From Chiloscyllium plagiosum (Eukaryota), in assembly GCF_004010195.1 (NCBI RefSeq), contig NC_057719.1:13129302-13173977 (forward strand): 44,676 bases of DNA, in the 5' to 3' direction. Every line of letters starts with the position of its first letter. Within the stretch, counting starts at the first letter, position 1. Made by a program: the position numbers and the translations under genes. Under the pieces are notes generated by a model, which was not told where the DNA came from, did not search any database, and saw nothing but the letters and a program-made list of their open reading frames with translations. This document shows positions 12,433-23,534 of this stretch, piece after piece.

Positions 12433-12872
12433 AAAGTTGTAAAATAGGGTTTAAAGGCTGATAGGCCCAATATTTTATAATCCAGAGTACTTAATGAAGT
12501 GGCCCTAGAAATTAGGGATACTTTAGTGGTCATCTTTCAAATTCTATAAACTCGGAACAGTTTCTATGGACTGAAAGGTAGCTCTGGTACCCCACTATTT
12601 ACGAAATAATATAGAAAGAAAGCAGAATTATAGATTGTTTGGCCTGACATCAGTAATCGGGAAAATACAAGTCTATCATAAAAGATTTAATAACAGAGCA
12701 CTTGGAAAACAGTCACAGAATTGCACAGAGTCAGCATGGATTTATGAAAGGGAAATCATACTTGACAAATTTACTGGAAGTTTGAGAATCTTCTGGAAGG
12801 TTTCGAGAATTGATAAGAGGGGGTCCAGTAGATGTGATTGACTTGGACTTTCAGAAAGCTTACAGTTAGGTC

Positions 12873-13606
12873 TGTTACAACACGGGGTAAACTCCTCTGC
12901 TAATTTAAACCTGACACTCAGTGAAGCTCACATCGCACTGGAATCAGTTAAAATTCAAGAGGCAAAGAACTATCCCAGAGGTCACTCTTTAAAGTAAAAA
13001 TTAACAACTTTATTCTTTAAGTTCAATGGAGAGTATTAAAATCAACAGCCATTTACAACTCCTTTCCCTTAAACCTATCTTTTACATCCCACTCTACAAT
13101 ACTGGTCCGATAAAAAATCCCAATTAAGAGTTACAAACAAAAATCACAATTCAAAACTGAGTCAGCTTTGTCGATTCTCCTTTGTAGATTTTCCACTGTA
13201 GATTTTCTCTTAGTCAGCTTCGATGTTCTGCTGCACAAACTTTTTATAGACAGGTACCTTTCAGAGAGCTGTTCTGTTAGCAGTCTGTACTTGTTGGTGA
13301 CTTGGAATTCTCCTCCTAACTTTTAAAAATGTCTAGTTTTATACCCCAAAACATCAGATTTTTCATTGGTTTTAATATTATCAAAACACTAAATTCAAAT
13401 TTGACTGGATTTTGGTATCTTGGGGCATAATTAAAACTGATTGGCCGAATTTGACTTTGTTTTCGTTTCATGGCAACTCATCTCCAGCTATTTGTTTCGA
13501 CCAAATGCTACATTTTTACTTTGTTCAGGACTCTCTGTGCTTTGTCAATCCTTGCTAGCTTTTCAACTCTCTTGACTGTACAGTACACACCTACACCTTC
13601 ATAACA
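12873..13606 (-). mobile_element. Solo LTR (Gypsy-like), 734 bp
   Basis: TGTTAC...ATAACA termini, GGTC TSD at 12869-12872 and 13607-13610; removing it restores the CR1 segment; reverse-complement homologue of 32463-33170; TTTATT (minus-strand AATAAA) at ~13009. Confidence 0.85.
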
Positions 13607-13914
13607 GGTCTCATAAGAGATGAGCATGTAAACTTAAAGCACATGGGAGTTGGGGTGTCGTGCTGAATTGGATAGTCAACTGGTGGGCAGATGGGGAAAC
13701 AAACAGTATGTATAAATAAGTCTTTTTCTGAGTAGCAGGCAATGACTAGTGGGGTACCACAGGTGTCAATGCTTGGACCCCAGCTATTCACAATTTATAT
13801 TAAATTTTTGGATGAAGGATGCTCACCTTTGGTGACTGGTGTTTAAGGACACCGAAGTCTCATTTCCCATTGACACTGAAAATATGTTCTAAAGACCGTT
13901 TTTTGATAGAAACA

Positions 13915-14233
13915 TTAGATTAGATTACTTACAGTGTGGAAACAGGCCCTTCGGCCCAACAAGTCCACACCGACCCGCCGAAGCGCAACCCACCCAAACC
14001 CATTCCCTTACATTTACCCCTTCACCTAACACTATGGGCAATTTAGCGTGGCCAATTCACCTAACCTGCACATTTTTGGATTGTGGGAGGAAACCGGAGC
14101 ACCCAGAGGAAACCCACGCAGACACAGGGGGAATGTGCAAACTCCACACAGAGAGTCGCCTGAGGCGGGAATTGAATCTGGGTCTCTGGCGCTGTGAGGC
14201 AGCAGTGCTAACCACTGTGCCACCGTGCTGCCC
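13915..14233 (-). mobile_element. HE1-like SINE, full length
   Basis: Full head, core and (TTAGA)n tail; best-preserved copy in the window. Confidence 0.92.
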
Positions 14234-14235
14234 CA

Positions 14236-14605
14236 TAGGGCCATTCAGCCCATTGAGCCTGTCCCATCATTTTATACAAGCAGAGCTGATCAAACCATTA
14301 CCCCATTCCCATTATCTTGTACACCATTGGTAAACAGAAATGTATCGCTCTCTATCTTCAACGTACTCGAAGACTGAACCCTCTGTGGTAAAGAATTCCA
14401 AAGAAAAACAGCCCCCTGAGTAAAAAAAAATCCTCATTTCAAATCTAAATGGTATCCCCCTTATTTTTAAATTGTGTCCCTAGGGACTCCTGAACCAACC
14501 AAAACATTTTACCTACTTTTGTCCTGTCTATACCTTTTGAAGCATTTTGTAAGTTTCAATGAGATCACCTCTTACTCTTCAAAACTCTAAATAATACAGG
14601 CTCAG
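14236..14605 (-). mobile_element. Decayed CR1 3' end
   Basis: TTTCAATGAGATCACCTCT and AAAGAATTCCA segments resemble 7440-7620. Confidence 0.7.
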
Positions 14606-15211
14606 CTCAACGCTATGGAGATGAAGAAACAAATCGTCACATTTGCATAGCAGATGGATGTGATTCAAATACCATTATCATGTTTTCAATATTTTTGTAA
14701 TATGTGTCAAACAACTTTGAATGAATAAGTACTTTTCTGACAAAGTGGAAAGGGGAGATGTTCTTTGAATACATTTAGAGGAGCTCAAACGACTTTTCAA
14801 AATCTTGGCACATGAATAATTATGCTGTTCCATAAGCCATTATCTGTCTTCCCTGCTCACTGATAGGAAGACACATGCATTGTAATAGGTTCCTGCTTTT
14901 GACAAGATGTTTCTAATAGGACAGAGGTTAACCAAAGGTAAATCTGTCAGCAGCATGTTCCTGGTCTTGTGTTTAACTAAACTGTTCTCTATTACTGAAA
15001 GTAATATAATAAATAAAATGGGAAATGTGATAGCATGGAGTCATGAGCAAAGTTGGATAGAGTGAATTACATGCAACAATGCCATGTCTTTACAGTCGCC
15101 TTTAATGTTGCAAAATTCGCAACAGTCCTACTTTAAAGAAATATTACCAACCAGCATCAAACCCATGTGCAATCCTGTTTAGACAAATAAATGTGTGAGT
15201 GTGTGTGAATT

Positions 15212-15965
15212 CTCTTTTATTCATTTGCAGGATGTGGGCATCACTGGCTGGCCAGCATTTATTACCCATCTCTAGTTGCCCTTGAGAAGGTGGTGCCTTC
15301 TTGGTAAGCTGCCTTCTTGATCCGCTGCAATCTATTCTCTGTGGGTTGACCCACAATGCCATTTGGGAGGGAATTTCAGGGCTTTGACCCAGCAACAGTT
15401 AAGGAACAGCGATACATTTCCACGTCAGGATGGCGAATGACTTGGAGGGGAACATGAAAGTGGTGGTGTTCCCATGTATCTGCTGCCCTTGTCCTTCTAG
15501 ATGGAAGTGGTGGTGGTTTTAGAAGGTGCTGTCTGAGGATCTTTGGTGAATTTCTGCAGTGTATCTTTATAGATAATCTACCCTGCTGCTTCTGAGTGGA
15601 GGGAGTGGATGTTTCTGGATGTGGTGCCAATCAAGCGGGCTGTTTTGTCCTAGATGGTGTCAAACTTCTTGAGTGTTGTTGGAGCTGCACCCATCCAGAC
15701 AAGACAATTCCATCACTCCTGACTTGTAGATGATGGACAGGCTTTGGGGTGTTAGGAGGTAAATTAATCATTACAGTATTCTTAGCCTCTGAACTGCTCC
15801 TGTAGCCACTGTATTTATATGGCGAGTCCAGTTGAATTTCTGATCAATGGCAACCCCATTGATAGTTGAGAGTGAGGTATTCAGTGATGGTTACATCATT
15901 GAATGTCAAAGAATGGTGATTGGACTGTCTCTTATTGCTGATGGTCATTACTTGGCATTTGTGTG
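15212..15965 (-). mobile_element. CR1/L2-group LINE (second family), 3' part
   Basis: Minus strand has CTGCAGCGGATCAAGAAGGCAGC...CTTCTCAAGGGCAACTAGAGATGGGTAATAAATGCTGGCC; same family as 22725-23068 and 39925-40150. Confidence 0.75.
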
Positions 15966-16366
15966 CTATGAATGTGTGTAAGGATGCACACGCAGAGCTG
16001 TATAAATCCCCGCCAATCGTCGCTTGTTCCTTTTCTTTCCTTTGCTATGTGTCTACATGAACTGATGAGGAAAGCCTGTTGGCTTAGTGTTCGGTACCAC
16101 ATGCTGATTGGAAACCAGAGTAGGCCAAGTGAAATGATCTCTCGTAGCCTTTGTTGAAGGAGGTTCCAAAGCTTCATCCAGCCTCGCCTCCCCCCCCTCC
16201 ATTGCATCACAGGAATTCTCACTGGGAGGTGATGATAAGGAGCAACTCCTGGACTCTCTGTAGCACAGCTGACCTCAGCCCCAGGCTAACATCCACAGGA
16301 GCGACGACAAGAGAAATTACTGAGCCTGGAAACACTCATAAAGTCAGGCAGCATCGGTGGAGAAAG

Positions 16367-17104
16367 TGCTATGGATCAGGCCAGACCCCCTCAAGACACT
16401 TCAAGAAAGTATCCCAGACCCTAACTTTGCTCGCTGTTTGAAGCAGGTGCAGGTGGATATTTCAGGGGTGATGCAGCTGACCCAGCCATTTAGTTTTAAA
16501 CAAAACAGAATTTATTTACAAGATTACTGAATGAAACAGAAACAAAAGAGAACAGAGTATAGAATAACTTAACCTATCTGAAAGCCCAACAGATCATCCC
16601 AAATAATTACAGCGATTACCATAAACACCCTTGGTAAAAAAGGTAAAATCAAACACAGAGTCTTACAGGAGAGAGAAAGAGAACAGAGTATAGAATAATT
16701 TAACCTATCTGAAAGCCCAACAGATCGTCCCAAATAATTACAGCGATTACCATAAACAACCCTTGGTAAAAAAGGTAAAATCAAACACAGAGTCTTACAG
16801 GAGAGAGAGAGATGGCAGAAGAATTCAGCATGGAACAGTTTCCATGGAGCTGTTTCTTAGATCAGTCTCAAAACTGACTGCATTCAGTGAACAGCCAGAC
16901 TGCTAAAACCAAACCAAACCAAACCAGAGGAAAGCTGAGCTGGGAGAACTGGCCGCTCCCCTTTCATTGTGCAAGTGTTTCTTTTTAAATTGAAAACATT
17001 CTCAAGTAGTTAAATCCCAACTTTTCAGAATTGCTACTTTTACAACCTGTTTGAAAAAAGCACCAAGGACAGCATAACATTGTTAAAGGAGCAGCATCAT
17101 CATA
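16367..17104 (-). mobile_element. Solo LTR (second family) inserted in a PLE repeat fragment
   Basis: Starts TGCTATGG, ends CATCATA (decayed ..CA), AAAG TSD at 16363-16366 and 17105-17108; flanks join into GTCAGGCAGCATCGGTGGAGAAAG-GAACAACATTAATG. Confidence 0.7.
16545..16807 (+). repeat. 131-bp tandem duplication inside the LTR
   Basis: AAAGAGAACAGAGTATAGAATAA... starts at 16545 and at 16676; only a few differences. Confidence 0.95.
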
Positions 17105-17880
17105 AAAGGAACAACATTAATGCGTCTGTCTGAACCTTCTGTGTAATGTTGGAGTCCAAATGGCTGAATCTGATAAAGCAACTTGTGCAAAGTGGGAGCA
17201 GCTCCGAGGAATCTTCTCTTTTCACTACTCCCAGGTTTTCCAATCTAAATGTTGATGAGCTTGAATTTTGTTTTAATATCGAGAGAATATTTAGAGAATA
17301 ATTCTGGTGCAGTGCTAATGTCCCTACTCCTGGACCAGAGGCTCTGGTGTGACTTGTTGGTTGTGAAACATCCATTCATAATGCAGACAAACAGGTAAGT
17401 TGTCTACTTTACATTGCCTCCAGCCGGGATGGCTATTAGTAGGAGAGTTTCCTGATCAGTTGTCTAGCAAAAAGTAATGGCAAACCCCACTGCAATATGT
17501 GTTCGGAGCAACCCAATGGAATTCCTTTGGCAAGCCACGGAAAAGAGGGCAGACCAAATGGAATGATTGGCACCCCATCCACAAACAGTTCCATGTATAA
17601 TTCTAGTAGCCCTGCTATAGGAAGGATGCTATTAAACTGGAAAAGGTGTAGAAAAGATTTACAAGGATGTTACTGAGACTGGAGGGTTTTGGGTTGTATG
17701 GAGAGCCTGGATAGGCTGGGATTTCTTTCACTGGAGCGTAGGAGACTGAGGGGGTCCTTATAGAGTTTTATAAAATCATGAGGACTATAGATAAGGTGAC
17801 TAGCCAAGGTCTTTTCTCTAAGGTAGGGGAGTCCAAATCTAAAGGGCATAGGTTTAAGGTGAGAGGGGAAAGATTTAAAA

Positions 17881-20283
17881 CAAAGAAGAACAAAGAACAA
17901 AGAAAATTACAGCACGGGAACAGGCCCTTCGGCCCTCCAAGCCTGCACCAATCCAGATCTTTATCTAAGCCTGTTGCCTATTTTCTAAGGATCTATATCC
18001 CTTGGCTCCCAGCCCATTTCATGTATGTGTCCAGATATATCTGAAATTATGCTACAGTGCCCACCTCTACCACTTCGGTTGGCAATACGTTCCAGGCACC
18101 CATCACCCTCTGCATAAAGAACTTTCCATGCATATCTCCCTTAAACGTTTCCCCTCTCATCTTGAACTCGTGATCCCTAGTAATTGATTCCCCACTCTGG
18201 CAAAAAGCATCTTGCTATCCACCCTGCCTATACCTCTCATGATTTTGTAGACCTCAGTCAGGTCCCCCCTCAACCTCTGTCTTTCTAATGAAAATAATTC
18301 TAACCTACTCAACCTGTCTTCATAGCTAGCACCCTCCATACCAGGCAACATCCTAGTGAACCACCATCTCCAAAGCACCCACATACGTTTGGTAATGTGG
18401 TGACCAGAAATGTATGCAGCATTCGAAATGTGGCCAAACTAAAGTCCTATACAACTGTAACATGATCTGCCAATTCTTGTACTCAATACCCTGTCCGATG
18501 AAGGAAAGCATGCCGTATGCCTTCTAGACTGCTCTATCGACCTGCGTTGCCACCTTCAGGATACCATAGACCTGCCCACCCAGATCTCTCTGTACATCAA
18601 TTTTCCCAGGGCTTTTCCATTTACTGTATAGTTTGCTCTTGAATTGGATCTTCTAAAATGCATCACCCTTGCATTTGCCCGGATTGAGCTCCATCTGCCA
18701 TTTCTCTGCCCAACTCTCCAATCTATCTATATTCTTCTGTAGTCTCTGACAGTCCCCTTCACTATCTGCTACTCCACCAATCTTAGTGTCATCTGCATAC
18801 TTGCTAATCAGACCACTTCCTCAAGATCATTTATGTATATCACAAACAACAGTGGTCCCAACACGGATCCCTGTGGAACATCACTGGTCACAGTTCTCCA
18901 TTTTGAGAAACTCCCTTCCACTACTACTCTCTGTCGCTTGTTGTCCAGCCAGTTCTCTATCCATCTAGCTAGTGCATCCTGGACCCCATGCGACTTCACT
19001 TGCTCCATCTGTCTACCATGGTGAACCTTATCAAACACCTTCCTGAAGTCCATGTATATGATATCTAAAGCCCTTCCCTCATCAATCAACTTTGTCACTT
19101 CCTCAAAGAATTCTATTAACTCAGTAAGACATGACCTTCCCTACACAAAGCCATGTTGCCTATCACTGCTAAGCCCATTTTCTTCCAAATGAGAATAGGC
19201 CCTATCCCTCATTATCTTCTCCAGCAGCTTTCCTACCACAGATGTCAGGCTCACCGGTCTATAATTACCTAGAGTATCCCTGCTACCCTTCTTAAACAAG
19301 GGACATCATTATCAATTCTCCAGTCCTCTGGGACTTTACCCGTGTCCAAGGATGCTGCAAAGATATCTGTTAAGGACCCAGCTATTTCCTCTCTCGCTTC
19401 CCTCAGTAACCTGGGATAGATCCTATCTGGACCTGGGGACTTGTCCACCTTAATGCCTTCTAGAATACCAACCTGCCTCATTATGCCGACTTGACCTAGA
19501 GTAATCAAATGTCTATCCCTAACCTCTACATCCGTCTCATGAGAATAGACCCTATCCCTCAATATCTTCTCTAGTAGCTTCCCTACCACTGATGTCGGGT
19601 TCACCGGTCTATAATTACTTGGATTATCCCTGCTACTCTTCTTAAACAAGGGGACAACATTAGCACCCTTATCAACCTCTCTTTAGAAGCCTAGGAGAAA
19701 GTGAGGACTGCAGATGCTGGAGATCAGAGTTGAAAATGTGTTGCTGGAAAAGCGCAGCAGGTCAGGCAGCATCCAAGGAGCAGGAGAATCGACGTTTCGG
19801 GCATGAGCCCTTCATCAGGAACCGAAACGTCGATTCTTCTGCTCCTTGGATGCTGCCTGACCTCTCTTTAAAAGCCTATCAAATGTCAAATGTGGATTTA
19901 CCTTCAAATGTGGATATCAAATATCAAATGTGGATTTACCTTCAAACAGTTGCTCCCAATCTATACTTCCCAGCTCCTGCCAAATTTTGCAATAGTTGGC
20001 CTTCCCCCAATTTAATATTCTTCCTTTAGGACCACTCTCGTCTTAGTCCATGAGTATTCTAAAACTTAAGGAATTGTGAACACTATTCCCAAAGTGATTC
20101 CCTACTGAAACATCAACCACCTGGCCGGGCTCTTTCCCCAACACCAGATCCACTATGGCCCTTTCCCATGTTGGATTATTTACATACTGCTCTATGAAAT
20201 CCTCCTGGATGCTACTCACAAATTCTGCTCCATCTAGACCTCTAACACTAAGTGAATCCCAGTTAACATTGGGAAAATTAAAA
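17881..20283 (-). mobile_element. CR1/HER1-type LINE, ~2.4 kb, rearranged, nested in another CR1
   Basis: ORFs 18808-19098 ([33 protein letters not shown]), 19269-19649 (NYRPVNPTSVVGKLLE, KSPGPDRIYPRLL) and 18157-18384; (TTCTTTG)n tail at 17881-17902; 5' end reads FNFPNVNW (APE endonuclease region). Confidence 0.92.
19694..19860. mobile_element. Fold-back PLE micro-insertion
   Basis: pLTR (minus) followed by its partial inverted copy; flanked by ACCTCTCTTTA(G/A)AAGCCTA at 19675-19693 and 19860-19878; hammerhead core 19791-19818 (-). Confidence 0.85.
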
Positions 20284-20299
20284 GAGACCTGAGGGGAAA

Positions 20300-22134
20300 C
20301 AGGTGAGTCCCAGAGACAGGTCTCAGGCCAGGCCAGGCCAGAGTAGGAATGACAAGTCCAGGTGAGTTCCAGAGATAGGTCTCAGGCCAGGCCAGTGTGG
20401 GAATTACGAGTCCAGGTGAGTCCCAGAGACAGGTCTCAGGCCAGGCCAGTGTGGGAATGACAAGCCCAGGTGAGTCCCAGAGACAGGTCTCAGGCCAGGC
20501 CAGGCCAGTGAGGGAATGACAGGTCCAGGTGAGTCCTGGAGACAGGTCTCAGGCCAGGCCAGGCCAGTGTGGGAATGACAAGCCCAGGTGAGTCCCAGAG
20601 ACAGGTCTCAGGCCAGGCCAGGACAGTGTGGGAATGACAAGCCCAAGGAGTCCCAGAGGCAGGTCTCAGGCCAGGCCAGGCCAGTGTGGGAATGACAAGT
20701 CCAGGTGAGTCCCAGAAACCGGTCTCAGGCCAGGCCAGTGGGGGAATGACAAGTGCAGGTGAGTCCCAGAAACAGGTCTCAGGCCAGGCCAGGCCAGTGT
20801 GGGAATGACAAGTCCAGGTGAGTCCCAGAGACAGGTCTCAGGCCAGGGCAGGACAGTGTGGCAATGACAAGTCCAGGTGAGTCCCAGAGACAGGTCTCAG
20901 GCCAGGGCAGGACAGTGTGGGAATGACAAGTCCAGGTGAGTCCCAGAGACCGGTCTCAGGCCAGGGCAGGACAGTGTGGGAATGACAAGTCCAGGTGAGT
21001 CCTGGAGACAGGTCTCAGGTCAGGGCAGGACAGTGTGGGAATGACAAGTCCAGGTGAGTCCCAGAGACAGGTCTCAGGCCAGGCCAGTGTAGGAATGACA
21101 AGTCCAGGTGAGTCCCAGAGATAGGTCTCAGGCCAGGCCAGTGTGGGAATGACACGCCCAGGTGAGTCCCAGAGACAGGTCTCAGGCCAGGCCAGTGTGG
21201 GAATGACAAGTCCAGGTGGGTTCCAGAGCTAGGTCTCAGGCCAGGCCAGTGTGGGAATTACTAGTCTAGGTGAGTCCCAGAGACAGGTCTCAGGCCAGGC
21301 CAGGCCAGTGTGGGAATGACAAGTCCAGGTGAGTCGCAGAGGCAGGTCTCAGGCCAAGCCAGGCCAGTGTGGGAATGACATGCCCAGGTGAGTCCCAGAG
21401 GCAGGTCTCAGGCCAAGCCAGGCCAGTGTGGGAATGACATGCCCAGGTGAGTCCCAGAGGCAGTCTCAGGCCAGGCCAGTGTTGAATGACAAGTCCAGGT
21501 GAGTCCTGGAGACAGGTCTCAGGCCAGGCCAGGCCAGTGTGGGAATGACAAGCCCAGGTGAGTCCCAGAGACAGGTCTCAGGCCAGGCCAGGCCAGTGTG
21601 GGAATGACAAGTCCAGGTGAGTCCCAGAAACAGGTCTCAGGCCAGGCCAGTGTGGAAATGACAAGTCCAGGTGAGTCCCAGAAACAGGTCTCAGGCCAGG
21701 CCAGTGTGGGAATGACAAGCCCAGGGAGTCCCAGAGACAGGTCTCAGGCCAGGCCAGGCCAGTGTGGGAATAACAAGTCCAGGTGAGTCCCAGAAACAGG
21801 TCTCAGGCCAGGCCAGTGTGGGAATAACAAGTCCAGGTGAGTTCCAGAGATAGGTCTCAGGCCAGGCCAGGCCAGTGTGGGAATGACAAGTCCAGGTGAG
21901 TCACAGAGGCAGGTCTCAGGCCAGGCCAGTGTGGAAATGACAAGTCCAGGTGAGTCGCAGAGACAGGTCTCAGGCCAGGCCAGGCCAGTGTGGGAATGAC
22001 AAGCCCAGGTGAGTCCCAGAGACAGGTCTCAGGCCAGGCCAGTGTGGGAATGACAAGCCCAGGTGAGTCCCGGAGACAGGTCTCAGGCCAGGCCAGGCCA
22101 GTGTGGGAATGACAAGCCCAGGTGAGTCCCAGAG
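20300..22134 (+). repeat. Minisatellite/VNTR: 32 full plus 1 partial units, mostly 54 or 59 bp
   Basis: Consensus CAGGTGAGTCCCAGAGACAGGTCTC(AGGCC)2-3AGTGTGGGAATGACAAGTC; unit starts counted by hand (20300, 20359, 20413 ... 22060, 22119). Confidence 0.97.
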
Positions 22135-22506
22135 GTGACTGGAGCAAAGGCCAGTGCAGGGGCAGTGGCGAGTCCCTTGGGGATTGCAAGTGAGGATTGC
22201 TGTCCAGCCTCTCCTATACACTTGGCCTGGCAGTTTGAAAGTTGGTATGGACTTGATTAAAAGACTAAATTGAGAGTACTTTTAAAAAGAAAGCTTCTTA
22301 ATCCTTTATTCTTGTGCTGAACTTTTATTTATAATTGTCTCAAGTCTGTAACAAATACTTCAGTGTTATGTACCCAGACACCCTGTACCTAAGATGGCTG
22401 TACCGAGTAGCGACATTACAAATTTTTCACTGCACTCATTCGAGTTCAGGTGACAATAAAGGCTCAGTCATTCATCTCATTCAAATTCATTTAATTCATT
22501 CATTCG
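20301..22506 (+). mobile_element. Candidate non-autonomous retroposon: VNTR body, unique segment and LINE-type 3' tail
   Basis: Interrupts the host CR1 with essentially no loss of host sequence; ends TTTTCACTGCACTCATTCGAGTTCAGGTGACAATAAA followed by degenerate (ATTC)n. Confidence 0.65.
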
Positions 22507-22724
22507 CTTTTTCACACAGAGGGTGGTGCGTGTATAGAACGAACTGCCAGAGGAAGTGGTGGAGCTGGGTAAAATTACGACATTTTAAAGACATTTAGAC
22601 AGGTACATGCATAGGAAGGGTTAAGTGGTATATTGGCCAAATGAGAGGAGTTGAGTTTAGGAAACCTGGTTGGCATAGACATGTTTCCAAGCTGGATGGC
22701 TCTAAGACTCTATTTGCTCCCTCC

Positions 22725-23068
22725 ATCAATAATACTCAGTAACAGCAGTGTGTACTCTCCACAAGGTACACTGCAGAAATTCACCAAGCCTCCTTAGACA
22801 GCTCCTTCCAAACCCATGACCACTTCCATCGAGAAGATTCATATGAATTCCAACACAAGTATGTTCTCCTCCAAGCCATTGACCATCCTGATTTGGAAAC
22901 ATATCGCCAGTCCTACAAGGTCGCTGGTCAAAATCCTGGAATTCCCACAACACACGGACTGCTGCAGTACAAGAAGGCAGCTCACCACCACCTTCTCAAG
23001 GGCAGCTAGGGATGGAGAATAAATGCTGACCCTGCCAGTGACAACCATATCCTGTGAAAGAATTTAAA
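22725..23068 (+). mobile_element. CR1/L2-group LINE (second family) 3' end
   Basis: CACTGCAGAAATTCACCAAG...AAGAAGGCAGCTCACCACCACCTTCTCAAGGGCAGCTAGGGATGGAGAATAAATGCTG; homologous to 15212-15600. Confidence 0.8.
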
Positions 23069-23534
23069 ACATGGAACAGATAAGCCAAATCATGGATCAG
23101 GAGACTTTTCCTGTGGTGTCATTCTGACTGTGTGGATTTGATGAGTAGCTGCTGTGTGCAGAGTGTGTGCTTTGATCTGGTAATCGCTCTGTTACCCCCC
23201 TCCATCCCTACGTTCATAGAAATAATGTGACGTTTCCTTTTTGCTCTTTGCTGAAGAACGCCAGAGGTAATCAGATGAGAAACAGCTTCTATTTTAAAGC
23301 CTAATCCATCTGCAAGTGCTATTGATAACATCACAGTGTATGCCTTAATGGTTGAACTTCACAATAGCAAGAGTGACTAAAATGCTGACAAGTGAGAGAG
23401 TTTGAATGCATTTCTGATTGAATACTGTATCGATCTAATGTTCTTCAAACTGTTGAAATATACCCATTATATTGGAGCCACACTCTGAAATTGGAGTCTG
23501 TATCGAGGAACACTCTATCTAAGCACCTGCCCCA

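Larger units (their letters stand above)
11900..13820 (+). mobile_element. Decayed CR1 LINE interrupted by PLE fragments and a solo LTR
   Basis: Recognisable CR1 RT segments (LTSVIGK at ~12644, SQHGFMKGKSYLTNL at ~12729, LDFQKA at ~12843, GVPQVSMLGPQLFTIYI at ~13751-13801). Confidence 0.85.
17610..22712 (+). mobile_element. Host CR1 3' end split into three pieces (17610-17880, 20284-20300, 22507-22712)
   Basis: Pieces join to GGAAAGATTTAAAA-GAGACCTGAGGGGAAAC-TTTTTCACACAGAGGGTGG, matching the uninterrupted copy at 40371-40420. Confidence 0.85.

Noticed and set aside
20300..22134. CRISPR-like array
   Set aside because: Units are contiguous near-identical repeats with no unique spacers, there are no cas genes, and the context is a vertebrate genome.
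21015..22221. Repetitive ORFs in the VNTR as a real protein
   Set aside because: 59-bp units shift frame, ORFs occur on both strands and are short, and no domain is recognisable.
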